The notes: generated by a model from the sequence alone, not told the origin. A DNA stretch of 64,000 nucleotides from an uncultured Planctomycetota bacterium (GCA_963849325.1 CAWKHF010000006.1:192001-256000), one strand, 5' to 3'. Positions 1 to 11,015 are shown, counted from the first letter of the stretch. Made by a program: numbers and translations.

Positions 1-430
1 CCAGGGCCAGCAGCAGGATGGCCAGTACCGTCAGCCAGGTGGCCTGCGTGGGCGAGAGCACCAGTCCCGCCTGCGACCGCGGCGGCACGCTCGACGGGAG
101 CGAGGGTGAAGGGAGGCGCTCGAATTCCGCGGGCGCCGGCAGACCCGGCGGAGGCGGGTTGCTCTCACGCGGAGGCGGCGCTTCGTTGGCCGGGCCTAGC
201 AAAAACGCCTCGAAGTCGCTGCGCTCGAAGAGCGGGGGGGCCGTCGCGGCGGCGGCTTCCGGGGCCGGAGCGGCCGGCTTGTTCTTCGCGGCGGCTGGTG
301 GTTCGGCCGTATCGGCGTGGGGCACGACGACCTGACCGTGGCAGGTCGGACACTCCACCGTCATCCCCGCCTTGCGGCGCGAGATGCCCATCAACTGGTT
401 GCAGAAACGACAGCGAAATCGGATCGGCAT
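1..430 (-). CDS. Zinc-ribbon N-terminal membrane-associated hypothetical protein (partial, runs off the left end)
   Basis: Manual translation from ATG at 430: MPIRFRCRFCNQLMGISRRKAGMTVECPTCHGQVVVP (two CxxC motifs), then a Pro/Ala-rich linker and PLFERSDF. Confidence 0.75.
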   Translation of the reverse strand, partial: MPIRFRCRFCNQLMGISRRKAGMTVECPTCHGQVVVPHADTAEPPAAAKNKPAAPAPEAAAATAPPLFERSDFEAFLLGPANEAPPPRESNPPPPGLPAPAEFERLPSPSLPSSVPPRSQAGLVLSPTQATWLTVLAILLLAL

Positions 431-463
431 GGGTGCGAATCTCTCGCCCAACCATCATTTCTT

Positions 464-529
464 GTTTAGCCGCGACGCGCAGCGGAGCGCGGGGTTCTCC
501 CCGCGCTCCGCTGCGCGTCGCGGCTAAAC
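464..529. repeat. REP-like palindrome, family A
   Basis: GTTTAGCCGCGACGCGCAGCGGAGCGCGGGG-TTCT-reverse complement; second copy at 40670-40728. Confidence 0.9.
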
Positions 530-677
530 GGGGAACGGGCGATGCAACTGTTACTTGACGGGGCGGCCCCCGACCCGCCAGAATATCTAAGTATATCCGG
601 TCTGGTTCGGAATCGCTCTCTCCAGGCCCGCCCGAGGGACGTTGGTGCCTGTCTCAAGGAAAACTGGAGCGTGCCTC

Positions 678-3101
678 ATGCCAACTGTCTTCCGCGCCTC
701 GTGGTGTCGCCACGTCCTCGGAGCCGCCTTACTGGCGGCGCTCGTGCCGCTGACCGCCGGACCTCGCCCCGCTCACGCCGACATGATCTTCCTCAAGGAC
801 GGCTTCGCCATGGAAGGCCGCGTCAAGAGGGAGATGGAGTTGGAGTTCGACAAGGTCAGCAAGGACATGTACCACATGCCCAAGGGCTTCTTCTTTGTCG
901 ATGACGGCCCGCGACACATCTTTTTCAGTCCCTCGCAGGTGCGGCTGGTTTATCCCAAGGATCCGCCCGTCGAGGAGAAGATTGTCCGCGCCGACACCCA
1001 ACACCATGGCGGCGTGCAGATTAACCCGAAGAAGCTGCCGGAGCTGCTCGAAGTAGTCACGGCACCGCCGTGGGACGAGCATTGGGACCGTCGTTTCCAG
1101 TTCCGCGCTCCCTCCCTCCCCGGAAGGAACGTTAGCCTCATCAATGTGCCGCAGCACATCGGCTTGCTGACGCCGTACTGGGCGCGGGTCGATTCGCCGG
1201 GGAATTATTTCTGGAGCTGCGCCTACCTGACGCGCGAGTTCGGTCCCGAGACGGTGCAGACACTGCTGGCGACGCATCCGGATTTCCAGGAACGCAAGGA
1301 CATGACGGCGGCGAAGCGCGTATCGCGGCGTCTGCGCAAGGCCGACTTCTTCGCCCAGGCCGGCTGGCTCGACCTCGCCGAGCGGGAGTTGGACCGCATC
1401 GTCTCCGACCTGCCCGGCGAGAAGGAGCGCGCCGAGGCCGCTCGCAAAACACTCCTCAAGCTCCGCGGCCGCGACGCCATCGAGGAGATCAAGCGCCGCC
1501 ACCTGGCCGGGCAGCACCAGCGCGTTCGTCAGCGCCTGGCCGACTTCTCGACCAAGGGCGTGTCGGAGAAGATGGTTGTCGAGCTGCAGGAGCTGAAGGC
1601 CGAGTACGAGAACACCGACCGGCTGCTGGCGGAGACGGGCCGGCTGCTGGACCAGGTGCGACGCGAGGCGCAAGGGGCGGACGGCAAGCAGTTGGCCGCG
1701 GCGGCCGCCGTCATTCGCGCCGACCTCGACTTCGAGAACGTCGGCCGGCTCGACGCCTTTCTGGGCCAGGCGCGTCAGGCGGAGCGCCTGCACAAGAAGG
1801 GCAAGCCGGTCGAGGTCGGCGTCGAGCAGTTGTTGAGCCTGGCCGTGTCCGGCTGGCTGCTCGGCAGTGCCTCGGCCGAGACCAGTTCCGAGACGGCCCT
1901 GCGCCTGTGGCGCGGCCGGGAGATGGTGCTAACCTACCTGCGCAGCGACGACGAGGGTCAGCGCCAGGCTCTCGTGCGGGCGCACCTGCGCGGCTCGAAC
2001 CGAGAGTCGGCCTCGCTGGACGAACTGATCCAGATCATCCGCCAGCTGCCGCCGATGGAGCCGGAGCCGAAGCCGGACGACAAGGTGGTCGAGCGCAAGG
2101 CCGACGGCGCGACGTACCTGTTGCAGCTGCCGGCGGAGTATCGGCACAGCCGGCCTTACCCAATACTGATCGTGCTGCACCAGGCCGGCGAATCCGCGCG
2201 CGACATGCTGAACCGTTGGGCCGAGTCGGCCGCGGAGCACGGCTACATCCTGGCCGCGCCGCAGTGGCAGGACAGCGGGCTGGGCGGCAGCTACGGCTAC
2301 AGCGAACGCGAGCACGCCACGGTGCTGGGCACGCTCAAGGATCTGCGCCGCCGTTTCAACGTGGACGACGACCGCGTCTTTCTGTTCGGCCTGGGTGAAG
2401 GCGGGGCGATGGCCTTCAACGTCGGCCTGGGCCATCCGGACCTGTTCGCCGGCGTGATGCCGATGGGGGCCGGGCCGCAGTACCAGGCCGAGATCTGCTG
2501 GCGCAACGGCCAATACCTGCCCTTTTACGTCATGCACGGCAACCGCGGCCCCAACGGCGACAAGATTCGCCGCCAGTTCGAGATCTGGGTGCAGCGCAAC
2601 TTCCCCATGCTGTGGATCGACTACCGAGGACGCGGCGTCGAATGGTTCGGCGGCGAGGTGCCGAACCTGTTCGATTGGATGCACAGCAAGCGCCGCGCTT
2701 TCCCGCTGCGCAAGCTCGGCACCGACGGCGGCGGCGGCAAGTTCGGCAACGAGTTCTACACCATGCGCGCCGGCGACAACCACTTCTACTGGTTCAGTGC
2801 CGACGAGATTGTGAAGCGGCGTTCGCCGGCGTCGCTGTTCGCCGAAATCCACCAGGAGACCAACCACATCCGCGTGACCACCTCCGGCATCCGTCACGCC
2901 ACCCTCTGGCTGGGCCGCAACAGCAAGGGCGAGGACATGATCGACTTCGATAAGCCGGTGACCGTATGGGCCAACTTTGCAGCGGTGTGGGCCAACCGCA
3001 AGGTGACGCCGAGTATCGAAGTGCTGCTGGAGGACCTGTACCAGCGCGGCGACCGCCAGCAACTGTTCTTCGCCAAGATTCCGCTGAAACTGATGCGCTA
3101 A
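678..3101 (+). CDS. Secreted protein with a C-terminal alpha/beta-hydrolase (peptidase/esterase-like) domain
   Basis: Signal peptide ending PAHA-D; LQLPAEY..PYPILIVLH, VDDDRVFLFGLGEGG, HPDLFAGVMPM; the nucleophile elbow reads G-L-G-E-G, with no Ser. Confidence 0.75.
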   Translation: MPTVFRASWCRHVLGAALLAALVPLTAGPRPAHADMIFLKDGFAMEGRVKREMELEFDKVSKDMYHMPKGFFFVDDGPRHIFFSPSQVRLVYPKDPPVEEKIVRADTQHHGGVQINPKKLPELLEVVTAPPWDEHWDRRFQFRAPSLPGRNVSLINVPQHIGLLTPYWARVDSPGNYFWSCAYLTREFGPETVQTLLATHPDFQERKDMTAAKRVSRRLRKADFFAQAGWLDLAERELDRIVSDLPGEKERAEAARKTLLKLRGRDAIEEIKRRHLAGQHQRVRQRLADFSTKGVSEKMVVELQELKAEYENTDRLLAETGRLLDQVRREAQGADGKQLAAAAAVIRADLDFENVGRLDAFLGQARQAERLHKKGKPVEVGVEQLLSLAVSGWLLGSASAETSSETALRLWRGREMVLTYLRSDDEGQRQALVRAHLRGSNRESASLDELIQIIRQLPPMEPEPKPDDKVVERKADGATYLLQLPAEYRHSRPYPILIVLHQAGESARDMLNRWAESAAEHGYILAAPQWQDSGLGGSYGYSEREHATVLGTLKDLRRRFNVDDDRVFLFGLGEGGAMAFNVGLGHPDLFAGVMPMGAGPQYQAEICWRNGQYLPFYVMHGNRGPNGDKIRRQFEIWVQRNFPMLWIDYRGRGVEWFGGEVPNLFDWMHSKRRAFPLRKLGTDGGGGKFGNEFYTMRAGDNHFYWFSADEIVKRRSPASLFAEIHQETNHIRVTTSGIRHATLWLGRNSKGEDMIDFDKPVTVWANFAAVWANRKVTPSIEVLLEDLYQRGDRQQLFFAKIPLKLMR

Positions 3102-3119
3102 CCACGAAGACAAAAACCC

Positions 3120-3320
3120 TTTCACCACGGAAAAGACGGAAAAGACGGAAAAAGACAAAGACAAAATCAAGAGGGCGTGTCCGGGAATAAATGACGATTC
3201 GCGGCGGCTCGCAGGGTCGCGCGGTCCTGCGAGCCGCCGCGAAACGGAAATTATCCCCGGAGGCATTCTTGGTTTTGTCTTTGTTTTTTTCCGTCTTTTC
3301 CGTGTTTTCCGTGGTGAAAA
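3120..3320. repeat. Composite REP-like inverted repeat with a nested hairpin
   Basis: TTCACCACGGAAAAGACGGAAAA... and ...TTTTCCGTGTTTTCCGTGGTGAA arms around TCGCGGCGGCTCGCAGG..CCTGCGAGCCGCCGCGA, between convergent genes. Confidence 0.85.
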
Positions 3321-3336
3321 AGTTTTGTCCGTGGTG

Positions 3337-3825
3337 TCACTCGGCGCGGCGCACCGATACAATCGTGACGTCCTGCACCGGCACGTCGTCGTGCATGCCG
3401 CGCCGCCCCGTCTTGACGCCCTTGATCTTGTCCACCACGTCCATGCCCTTGACGACCTTACCGAAGACGCAGTAGCGCGGCTTGTCCAGGCCGCCCGAGT
3501 TGTCCACCACGTTGATGAAGAACTGGGCCGTGGCGCTGTCGGGGTCATTGGTGCGGGCCATGGCGATGCTGCCACGCACGTTCGACAAGCCGTTGCCCGA
3601 CTCGTTTTTGATGGGCGCCTTCGTCTTCTTCTGCTTGAGGCCCGGCTCGAAGCCGCCGCCCTGGATCATGAAAGTGGGGATGACGCGATGAAAGATCGTG
3701 CCGTCGTAGAACTCGTCCTCGACGTAGGACAGAAAGTTGGTCACGGTGACGGGCGCCTTGTCGCCGTCCAGTTCCAGCTGGATCGTACCGAGTGAGGTCT
3801 CCATGACGACGAACGTGCCGGGCAT
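3337..3825 (-). CDS. ppiB: Cyclophilin-type peptidyl-prolyl cis-trans isomerase (cytoplasmic)
   Basis: [44 protein letters not shown]. Confidence 0.93.
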   Translation of the reverse strand: MPGTFVVMETSLGTIQLELDGDKAPVTVTNFLSYVEDEFYDGTIFHRVIPTFMIQGGGFEPGLKQKKTKAPIKNESGNGLSNVRGSIAMARTNDPDSATAQFFINVVDNSGGLDKPRYCVFGKVVKGMDVVDKIKGVKTGRRGMHDDVPVQDVTIVSVRRAE

Positions 3826-3862
3826 GACAAAGCCCTCCAGTTAGGGGTAGGCGGGGAGATGG

Positions 3863-4504
3863 TTACTTGTCGGCGCGGCGAACCGACTTGATGACAACGT
3901 CCTCCTCGGGCACGTCCTCGAAGACCCCGGGGATGAGTGCCTGGGTCTTGACGTTCTTGATCTTGTCCACCACGTCCATGCCCTCGATGACCTTGCCGAA
4001 GACGCAGTAGCGTGGCCGATCCAGTTTGGAGCTGTTATCGACCACGTTGATGAAGAACTGGGCGGTGGCGCTGTCGAGGTCGCGGGTGCGGGCCATGGCG
4101 ATGCTGCCGCGCACGTTCGACAAGCCGTTGCCCGACTCGTTTTTGATGGGGTCGCGGGTCTTCTTCTCCTTGGCCTTGACCTCCGCGGGGGTGCGGGCCT
4201 TGCCTAGCCCCTCCTCGAAGCCGCCGCCCTGGATCATGAAGTCCGGGATGATGCGATGGAAGATGGTGCCGTCGTAAAACTTGTCATCGACGTAGGCGAG
4301 AAAGTTCTTGACCGTGCCGGGCGCCTTGGCGTCGTCCAGTTCGATCTTGATGGTGCCCATCAACGTCTCCATGACGACGACGGGGTTCTTGGCGTCGGCG
4401 GCGACGGCTTCGCGCCTGTCGGCGGCGATCGTCGTGGTCTTGTCCTCGGCGCAGGAGGCGCCGGCCAGGGCGACACAGGCGGCGAGGAAAAGCAAACGTT
4501 TCAT
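3863..4504 (-). CDS. ppiA: Cyclophilin-type peptidyl-prolyl isomerase with signal or lipoprotein peptide
   Basis: [18 protein letters not shown] followed by the same cyclophilin motifs. Confidence 0.9.
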   Translation of the reverse strand: MKRLLFLAACVALAGASCAEDKTTTIAADRREAVAADAKNPVVVMETLMGTIKIELDDAKAPGTVKNFLAYVDDKFYDGTIFHRIIPDFMIQGGGFEEGLGKARTPAEVKAKEKKTRDPIKNESGNGLSNVRGSIAMARTRDLDSATAQFFINVVDNSSKLDRPRYCVFGKVIEGMDVVDKIKNVKTQALIPGVFEDVPEEDVVIKSVRRADK

Positions 4505-4600
4505 GATCGAAAGTCTCCCGTGGAGTCAAAGGGTCAGCCCGGCGCACGGCGGACCACGCCCGGGAGACTGTTAGCAAACCGCATCCGGCTGGGGAATGCA

Positions 4601-4698
4601 AGGGAATAGGGAATAGGGAATAGGGAATAGGGAATAGGGAAGAGAGAGGAGGATCCTTCTTCCCTATTCCCTATTCCCTATTCCCTATTCCCTTTTTT
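4601..4698. repeat. Inverted heptamer tandem-repeat hairpin
   Basis: (AGGGAAT)x5 ... (ATTCCCT)x4 followed by a T run. Confidence 0.9.
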
Positions 4699-4701
4699 GA
4701 T

Positions 4702-5313
4702 TTAGCGGCGACGTCGGAGGAACAGGCCGAACAACGGCACGCCGATGCCGGCCAGCACGAGACTGGACGGTTCGGGATTGTGGTAGGAGACGTCGAAGTT
4801 GAAGACGACGCCCTGGAACGGGCCGGCGCCCGAGACCAATCGGAAGGAGTCGAACTTCACGTCGAAAGTGGGATCGCTCCCCGGAGCCGCGCTCGAGGTT
4901 AAAAGGGGGATCGTCGGCGTCAGGGTCGAACCGTTCTTCCAGACCTCGCCGTTGAGGGTGCCGGTGTAGACGAAGTCGCTCACCTTGCCGTTGGGGCTGG
5001 TGATTTTCAGATCGAGGGTGTAGGGCATGGCGGAGATGGGCAGCGGATCGCTGACCGGAGCGTTGCTGACGGTATACAGCCGGGTGGAGATGGAAGTCGT
5101 CGTGCCGGGGTTGCTGGTCACCGAGGAGCTGTTGCCGGGCATGGTGATGACGGTCTGATGGTTCGATTTGTCGAAAAAGGTGAAGGGCGGCTGGGCCGAG
5201 AACTGGTAACTCCAGGTGTTGCTCGCGGAGGAGGTGATCAGGCCGGCGCGGGCAGCGGGGCCGGCACACAGAAAGCAGGCGGCCGCCAGGCCAAGGGTTG
5301 CGGCGCGTTTCAT
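4702..5313 (-). CDS. PEP-CTERM-type sorting-domain surface protein
   Basis: N-terminal signal peptide, Ser/Thr-rich body, C-terminus NPEPSSLVLAGIGVPLFGLFLRRRR. Confidence 0.85.
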   Translation of the reverse strand: MKRAATLGLAAACFLCAGPAARAGLITSSASNTWSYQFSAQPPFTFFDKSNHQTVITMPGNSSSVTSNPGTTTSISTRLYTVSNAPVSDPLPISAMPYTLDLKITSPNGKVSDFVYTGTLNGEVWKNGSTLTPTIPLLTSSAAPGSDPTFDVKFDSFRLVSGAGPFQGVVFNFDVSYHNPEPSSLVLAGIGVPLFGLFLRRRR

Positions 5314-5571
5314 CGGAGGCATCCTTTCCTTCCAAGAGGGTTCCTGGCCCGCATTCCATGCGCGGGGGCAGGGAGGTTGAAAGTCGGCTGCGAAGTGACA
5401 GCGATGCTACAAGAAACCGCGTCGCCATGTCAACGCGGACTCGCCAATCGCGCACGCCTCCCCGACTCGCCCGGTGGGGTCTGTCTTGCGAAGAAAGCCG
5501 TTGACAGGTCCGGGACGGCTCTGTCACACTACGATCCACTCCCGACAACCCAGGGCAAGGAGGCCACCCTC

Positions 5572-7287
5572 GTGATCCGACCCTTGAGCGTTCATCTCCT
5601 CCGTGGCGTGCAAGCCGATTCCCTCCTGGAAGACCCGGCATTTCGGGCCGAGTGGCTGGGGCTGTGCCAGCGCTGTCCGTGGGCCACGGCGTACCAGCAG
5701 CCGGACTACGCGGCCGTCTGGTACGCCGTCTATCGCCGCCGCTTCGAGCCGATCCTGGTCCTGTCGCGGGACGGCGACGGCGCGCTCCAGGGTCTGCTGG
5801 CGCTGACCCTGTCCGCGCGGGACGGCGGCCTGATCGTCGCCGGCGGACGGCAGGCCGAATACCAGACGTGGATCAGTCCGCCCGATCTCGGAGGCGCGTT
5901 CGCCGCCCAAGCCGTGCGCGCGCTGCGGCGGAGCTTCCCGCGGGCTGTGCTGACGTTTCAATACCTCCCGCCCGGAGCGCCAACCGATTGGCTCGACGCC
6001 GCCGACATGCGGCGGATGTATCGATTGGCTTCGCATCGCCGGCCGCTGGTGCGCCTCCAGCGCGGCGAGGAGATCGAGTCTGTCCTCAAGAACAAACGGA
6101 CGCGCTATCGGCTCAAGCAACTCGAAAAAGCAGGTCCGCTGGAGTTCAAGCACATCACGGATGCGAGCGAATTCGCGGAGTTATTCGATACGATTATTCA
6201 CTATTACGACTTTCGGCAGGAGGCGATGTACGGTCTATCGCCGTTCCGCCACGACGATCTCAAGAAGGAATACACCCTCGCCCGCATGAGCAGCGGCACG
6301 GCTCGGCCGCACGCCACGGTGCTGACGGTCGGCGATCAGATCGCTTCGGCCCACCTGGGCGCCTGCACCGACAAGGAAGTCCACCTGGGCATTCTGGCGC
6401 ACAACCCGTTTTTGGCGAAGCATTCGCCCGGCAAGTTTCATCTGCTGTTCCTGGCCCGGATGCTGCGCGAGCAAGGGTACGAGCGCCTCGACCTCACGCC
6501 CGGCGACAGCTCCTACAAGGAGAATTTCGCCAATGACTGTGACGAGGTGCAAACCTTGACGCTGTTCCTGTCGCCGGCGCAGCGGACGAAGGCGGTCGTC
6601 CGCGAGCGCGTCGTCGGCGCCGTCGCCGGCGGCCTTCGCACCTGCCGCGTCGAACCGGGACGGGTCCGCGCGCTCGTCCACCATCTCACAGGCGCTCATC
6701 CGGTGCACACTCCCAGCCGCGTCCTGCGCCGTGCCCGGCAGTGGCTCGGGCGACAACAGGAGCTGCGCATCTACTCCCTGGAGACGGCGAGGGTGCCGGA
6801 CGTCCACGAGGCCACGCAGGTCCGGCGCGATGCGGTGGGAGATTTGCTCGACTATCAAGCCGCCGAGCCGCGGCCGTCGCGTCAGCGATTTTTATCCGCC
6901 GCCCTGGCGCGCCTGGAGAACGGCCTGCACGTTTACACGTTCGCGGAGAACGGTCGGCTCCAACATTTCGGCTGGCTCGTCGAGGCGGCGGAGCAATTTG
7001 TGCTCGACGAGGAGATGCAAGATTTTCGCTTTCCGGCCCACAGCGCGTACCTGTTCGACTTCCACACCGCGCCCGAGGCCCGAGGACGCGGCCTGTTCGG
7101 CCAATCTCTGCGGGCCATGCTCCGCGATGCGGCCCACCTACCGGAGACAGAGAAAATCTACATCTCGGTGCCGGCCGACAACGGCCCGGCGCGGCACGTC
7201 ATCGAGAAGGCCGGCTTCCGGCACGAAAGCTCGCTGTTCGAGGAAGTGCAGTTCGGGCGAGCGCGGCGATGGGCCTGTGTGTCCTGA
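5572..7287 (+). CDS. GNAT acetyltransferase, CelD/BcsL-like N-terminal domain plus C-terminal GNAT domain
   Basis: EW..L....PWATAYQ.P, HSPGKFHL..L, RLDLTPGDSSYK; C-terminal TAPEARGRGL and N.PARHVIEKAGF. Confidence 0.8.
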   Translation: MIRPLSVHLLRGVQADSLLEDPAFRAEWLGLCQRCPWATAYQQPDYAAVWYAVYRRRFEPILVLSRDGDGALQGLLALTLSARDGGLIVAGGRQAEYQTWISPPDLGGAFAAQAVRALRRSFPRAVLTFQYLPPGAPTDWLDAADMRRMYRLASHRRPLVRLQRGEEIESVLKNKRTRYRLKQLEKAGPLEFKHITDASEFAELFDTIIHYYDFRQEAMYGLSPFRHDDLKKEYTLARMSSGTARPHATVLTVGDQIASAHLGACTDKEVHLGILAHNPFLAKHSPGKFHLLFLARMLREQGYERLDLTPGDSSYKENFANDCDEVQTLTLFLSPAQRTKAVVRERVVGAVAGGLRTCRVEPGRVRALVHHLTGAHPVHTPSRVLRRARQWLGRQQELRIYSLETARVPDVHEATQVRRDAVGDLLDYQAAEPRPSRQRFLSAALARLENGLHVYTFAENGRLQHFGWLVEAAEQFVLDEEMQDFRFPAHSAYLFDFHTAPEARGRGLFGQSLRAMLRDAAHLPETEKIYISVPADNGPARHVIEKAGFRHESSLFEEVQFGRARRWACVS

Positions 7288-7298
7288 TCGATCGCCCT

Positions 7299-7961
7299 TC
7301 AAGGAGCCGATGGAGGCATCGGCCTCGGGAGCATCTGTTGCCGTACCCATTCGCGGAACTGTCGCGCAATCGTGGTGTCGTCAGTCTGCCCCCACGGAGC
7401 GAGAAAGGGTGGCAGGTCGGCGGAGGCCAGTTGCGGGAATGACAGGCTGTTGGAGCGGACCTGGTACGCGCCCGCATCGAGAGTATGAAACGCGATCCCT
7501 CCAGTGCTTAACCGCCAAACCTCCGGCACACCCAGGGCAGCGTAGATACTCATGCGGTCGATCGAGCTGCTGGTGACATCGACCTCGACGGCAAGGTCCG
7601 GCGGCGGATCGATGCGCAGGTTGAGATGACGTTTGCCCTGGACGCGCGGCATGTTGGCGATCCAGTAGCAGTTGTCGGGTTCCAATCCTCGACGCTTCCG
7701 TCGGCGCCGCAGGGTTACGGATCGACCGGCCATGCAGGGCAGGGCCAACTCGTCCGTCAACACATCGATGAGGCGACCCACCAGGTAAGCCGGTTGTTCG
7801 TGCTCCCGAAGGGGACTCCTGATTTCCAGGCTCCCTCGGTCATACGTGATGCGGAAACGGCGCTGCCCCTGCAAGGCCCGCAGCAGGCGCGTATAGGTGA
7901 GCCAGTCGATACCGTGCAGCACAGCCGGCGGAGGAGCGGCCGGACGAGCTATCGTGGACAT
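7299..7961 (-). CDS. Uma2 (DUF820) family PD-(D/E)xK endonuclease-like protein
   Basis: RITYDRGSLEI.SP..EHE, LEPDNCYW, PPPDLAVEVDVTSSS, YAALGVPEVW. Confidence 0.92.
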   Translation of the reverse strand: MSTIARPAAPPPAVLHGIDWLTYTRLLRALQGQRRFRITYDRGSLEIRSPLREHEQPAYLVGRLIDVLTDELALPCMAGRSVTLRRRRKRRGLEPDNCYWIANMPRVQGKRHLNLRIDPPPDLAVEVDVTSSSIDRMSIYAALGVPEVWRLSTGGIAFHTLDAGAYQVRSNSLSFPQLASADLPPFLAPWGQTDDTTIARQFREWVRQQMLPRPMPPSAP

Positions 7962-8347
7962 GGATTCTCCCTCTCTGTGCTTGGGGGCGGCGGATCGCGG
8001 CCATCGATCCTCTACTCGATCCTACTCTCTCGGCGATGACTCGACCAGTTCAGCGGGCGCCCCTGCTACTTGTTGAACTCGTCAGCGCCCATGGAAAACA
8101 TGGAAAATGGTCCCGCAAAAGAAAAGAGAAAAAAGTGCCATGCTGGGTCATGAAACTTTTAAGGTCTGAAAGGGTTCCTGAAACCTCATTTGGCTTCCCC
8201 AGATCTCCCCCAGACGTTCCCCAGAGCGCCCCTTGATGATTCCAATGCGGTGCCAGACAATTGGCTCGGTCTATCCTAACCGAGTGCTGCATACGCCGGT
8301 ACCCGCCCGGAGCGGTCCCGGTCTCTTTTTCCCGAAGGAGGAACATC

Positions 8348-9809
8348 ATGTTGTCAATGCGAAGGTGGTTGCCAATCATCGCACTCGTCGTGACGGCGAC
8401 CCTCGGTTGGTGGTCTCGGGCCCAGGCAGAGACTCAAGTGATAGTCCGCGTCCGGCCCTCAGCAGGGTTCTCGCTGCTTACCACGGACGGCGGCTTGCCT
8501 ACGACCGCCAAGCTGACACCAGATCTAGCGGCCGTGGTAGGGGCCAAGGAGGGGAAAGCCAAATTCATCGGCCTGACACGAGATAGCCAAGCGGTCGTGG
8601 AACTGGCCGGCCAGATCGAGCCAGAGGAGGCCAGAGCAGCCCTCCTCAGCTCCTCAAGCGGAGTAGCCGTGGAGAACCTCGTCGATCAGCCCTTTGAGCG
8701 GGCCACTCAGTTGATCGCCTTCTACGTGGGCGAGAATGCGCCGAAGGAGACCCTAACCGGGCTAAAGATCATCGATCACCACCCGGAAGGCCACTTCGTC
8801 CTAGTCCAGTCGAAGGACGGCTTCACGGCCGAGCAGATCGAGAAACTGGTCGCCGATAAGCAAGTTCATCTCGTGCAGCCGAATTACCTGTACTACCTGA
8901 CCGCGGAGAAGGCCGAGGCTGCACTCGCCGCGACGAAGGTGCCCAACGACCCATTATACCCGTCCCTCTGGGGGATGCCTCACATTAACGCCCCGACGGC
9001 CTGGAGTAAGGCTCAGTCCTCTACGGTCCCCGTGTGCGTCATCGACTCGGGGATCAACATCGTCCACGAAGATTTGGCGAGCAACATCGTCGCGGGGTTC
9101 AGCAAGGATTTCACCCCGGACAACGACTTCAAGGACGGCATCGGCCACGGCAGCCACTGCACCGGCACCATCGCAGGGGTCGGGAATAACAAGAAGGGAG
9201 TCGCCGGCGTCATGTGGAAAGGCAAAGTATTCGGCGCCAAGAATCTTCAACAAAGCCGGCTCCTACGCTGGCGACAACCAGGTCATCAAGGCCATCGACT
9301 ACGCGATCGGCAAGGGGGCCAAGGTCCTGAGCAACAGCTGGGGGGGCGGGGCCGCATCTCCGGCCCTTCAGGCGGCCATCACCCGGGCCGAGAAGAAAGG
9401 GGTGCTGTTCATCGCCGCCGCGGGGAACCTCGGGAGCGACAACGATGCCCACCCGTTCTACCCGGCTTCCTACCCCAACAAGAACATCATCTCCGTTCTC
9501 GCCGTCGATAAGAACAACATGAAAGCCTCTTTCAGCGACTACGGCAAAAACAGCGTTCACATCGGCGCGCCGGGGGTCAATATCAATAGCACCGTGCCCG
9601 GCAACAGCTACGGCTACAAGAGTGGAACGTCCATGGCGACGCCGCACGTCTCTGGGGCGGTCGCCTTGACTTGGGGTCACCCAAAGTACAACCACTATAC
9701 GGCGACCCAGATCAAGACCTTAATTCTGAAGCACGCCCGCCCGTTGTCCGACCTATCGGGAAAATGCACGACCGGCGGAACCCTGGACATCGGCTTCCTC
9801 GGCCAGTAG
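8348..9809 (+). CDS. Secreted subtilisin-family (S8) serine peptidase, one frameshift near 9242
   Basis: Catalytic triad motifs VIDSG, GHGSHCTG and SGTSMATPHV, plus AAAGN; two ORFs joined by removing one extra A. Confidence 0.9.
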
Positions 9810-10064
9810 CGGCCGGAGGATGCAAATGCTCACGGTCTGAGCCTTGTCCCATCCGCTGCCCGGCGCAGGGCCGTTCAATGCTTGTCGTAACTCTTTTGAT
9901 GTCGGTGGGAGGGTGGCCTTGCCTCCATCAATGGCAGAAGACTTACGGAAACATCGAACGGCCCTGCCGCTCGGAGGGCCAAGTCTTCACTTCGTCGCCA
10001 ACATCGGGTAGAATGCCTACCAGGTATCGCCCCTCGGACGGCGTTGCAAAGGGGAGGATGGACC

Positions 10065-10430
10065 ATGTTCGCGCTGACTGTCGGGCTACTGGGCTGGGTC
10101 GTTCTAGCCGCCGTTCCGGGCGTCGTGGGCGACTCGAAGGGAGGCGAGGCAAAATGCCCCGAGGCGAAAATGATTGAGTACAAAGGGAAGCTACGGCACC
10201 CTGTCTACGCCATCGGCGGCGAGACTACCGGCACCGTGATCGAAACCGCGGCCGCCACCTACGAACTGGATTTAGGTGGGAAGAAAGAATGGCAGAAGCT
10301 GGCTGCCTCCCTCAACGGGAAGCAGGTCGTCGTCACAGGCGTGCTGAAAACTGTTAAAGGAGTTGAAATTCCCGAGCGCCATGTTATTACCGTTAAGGAT
10401 CTGAAAGCAGCGGAGGAAAAGAAAAAGTAG
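10065..10430 (+). CDS. Small secreted hypothetical protein
   Basis: GGAGG RBS, hydrophobic N-terminus, AIGGETTG motif and a Lys-rich tail. Confidence 0.65.
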   Translation: MFALTVGLLGWVVLAAVPGVVGDSKGGEAKCPEAKMIEYKGKLRHPVYAIGGETTGTVIETAAATYELDLGGKKEWQKLAASLNGKQVVVTGVLKTVKGVEIPERHVITVKDLKAAEEKKK

Positions 10431-10547
10431 GCGCACTGAGTGAAAAAATGGTGATGCTCTACGCAACTTTTTTATGTGCTGCACGTTGCGTTGAAACAAT
10501 TGCGAGTGGTCATTCGCTGGGAGAATCTACTCGCCCCGCTCCCGCAT

Positions 10548-11015
10548 TCAACCGCTCACGGGAGGAGTATTCAACTTCGCCTCAACCGCACTCCACGCAT
10601 CATTGACCACCTTCTGCGCCGCCCCACGGATCAGTCCGGCTGGCACCATCTTGAGCAATCCGCCCAGCGTTTGGACCTCCGCCGTCCAGCGGACGCGCGT
10701 GCCGGCCCCCTGCGGAGCGAGAGCGACCGTCGCCTCCACGTCGGCGGAGCTGCCAATGCCCTTGCTGGCGATCAAGTAGCGCGCCGCGCTCGGGGCGACG
10801 GCATCGACCACGCGCAGCTCCACGTCCAGCGTGCCGCGCACGAACGAGAAGCCAGGACGCAGCACCAGCACGGCGCGGTCGGACTGTTGCTCCGTGACCG
10901 ACTCCACATCCGGGATGCACTGCACCAGGAAGCGGGCGTCGGTCAGTTTCGCCCACACCTCGGCCGGCGCCTGCGGAAAATCTTTCTCGCCCTCGAATCG
11001 CACCATGACGGCCAT
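10548..11015 (-). CDS. CoxG/SRPBCC-family protein
   Basis: FEGE......AEVWAKLTD...LVQCIP, WTAEV..LGGLL. Confidence 0.85.
   Translation of the reverse strand: MAVMVRFEGEKDFPQAPAEVWAKLTDARFLVQCIPDVESVTEQQSDRAVLVLRPGFSFVRGTLDVELRVVDAVAPSAARYLIASKGIGSSADVEATVALAPQGAGTRVRWTAEVQTLGGLLKMVPAGLIRGAAQKVVNDAWSAVEAKLNTPPVSG

Noticed and set aside
7990-10500. Horizontally acquired island around the S8 peptidase
   Set aside because: Composition looks slightly less GC-rich by eye, but no boundaries or mobility genes support it without computation.
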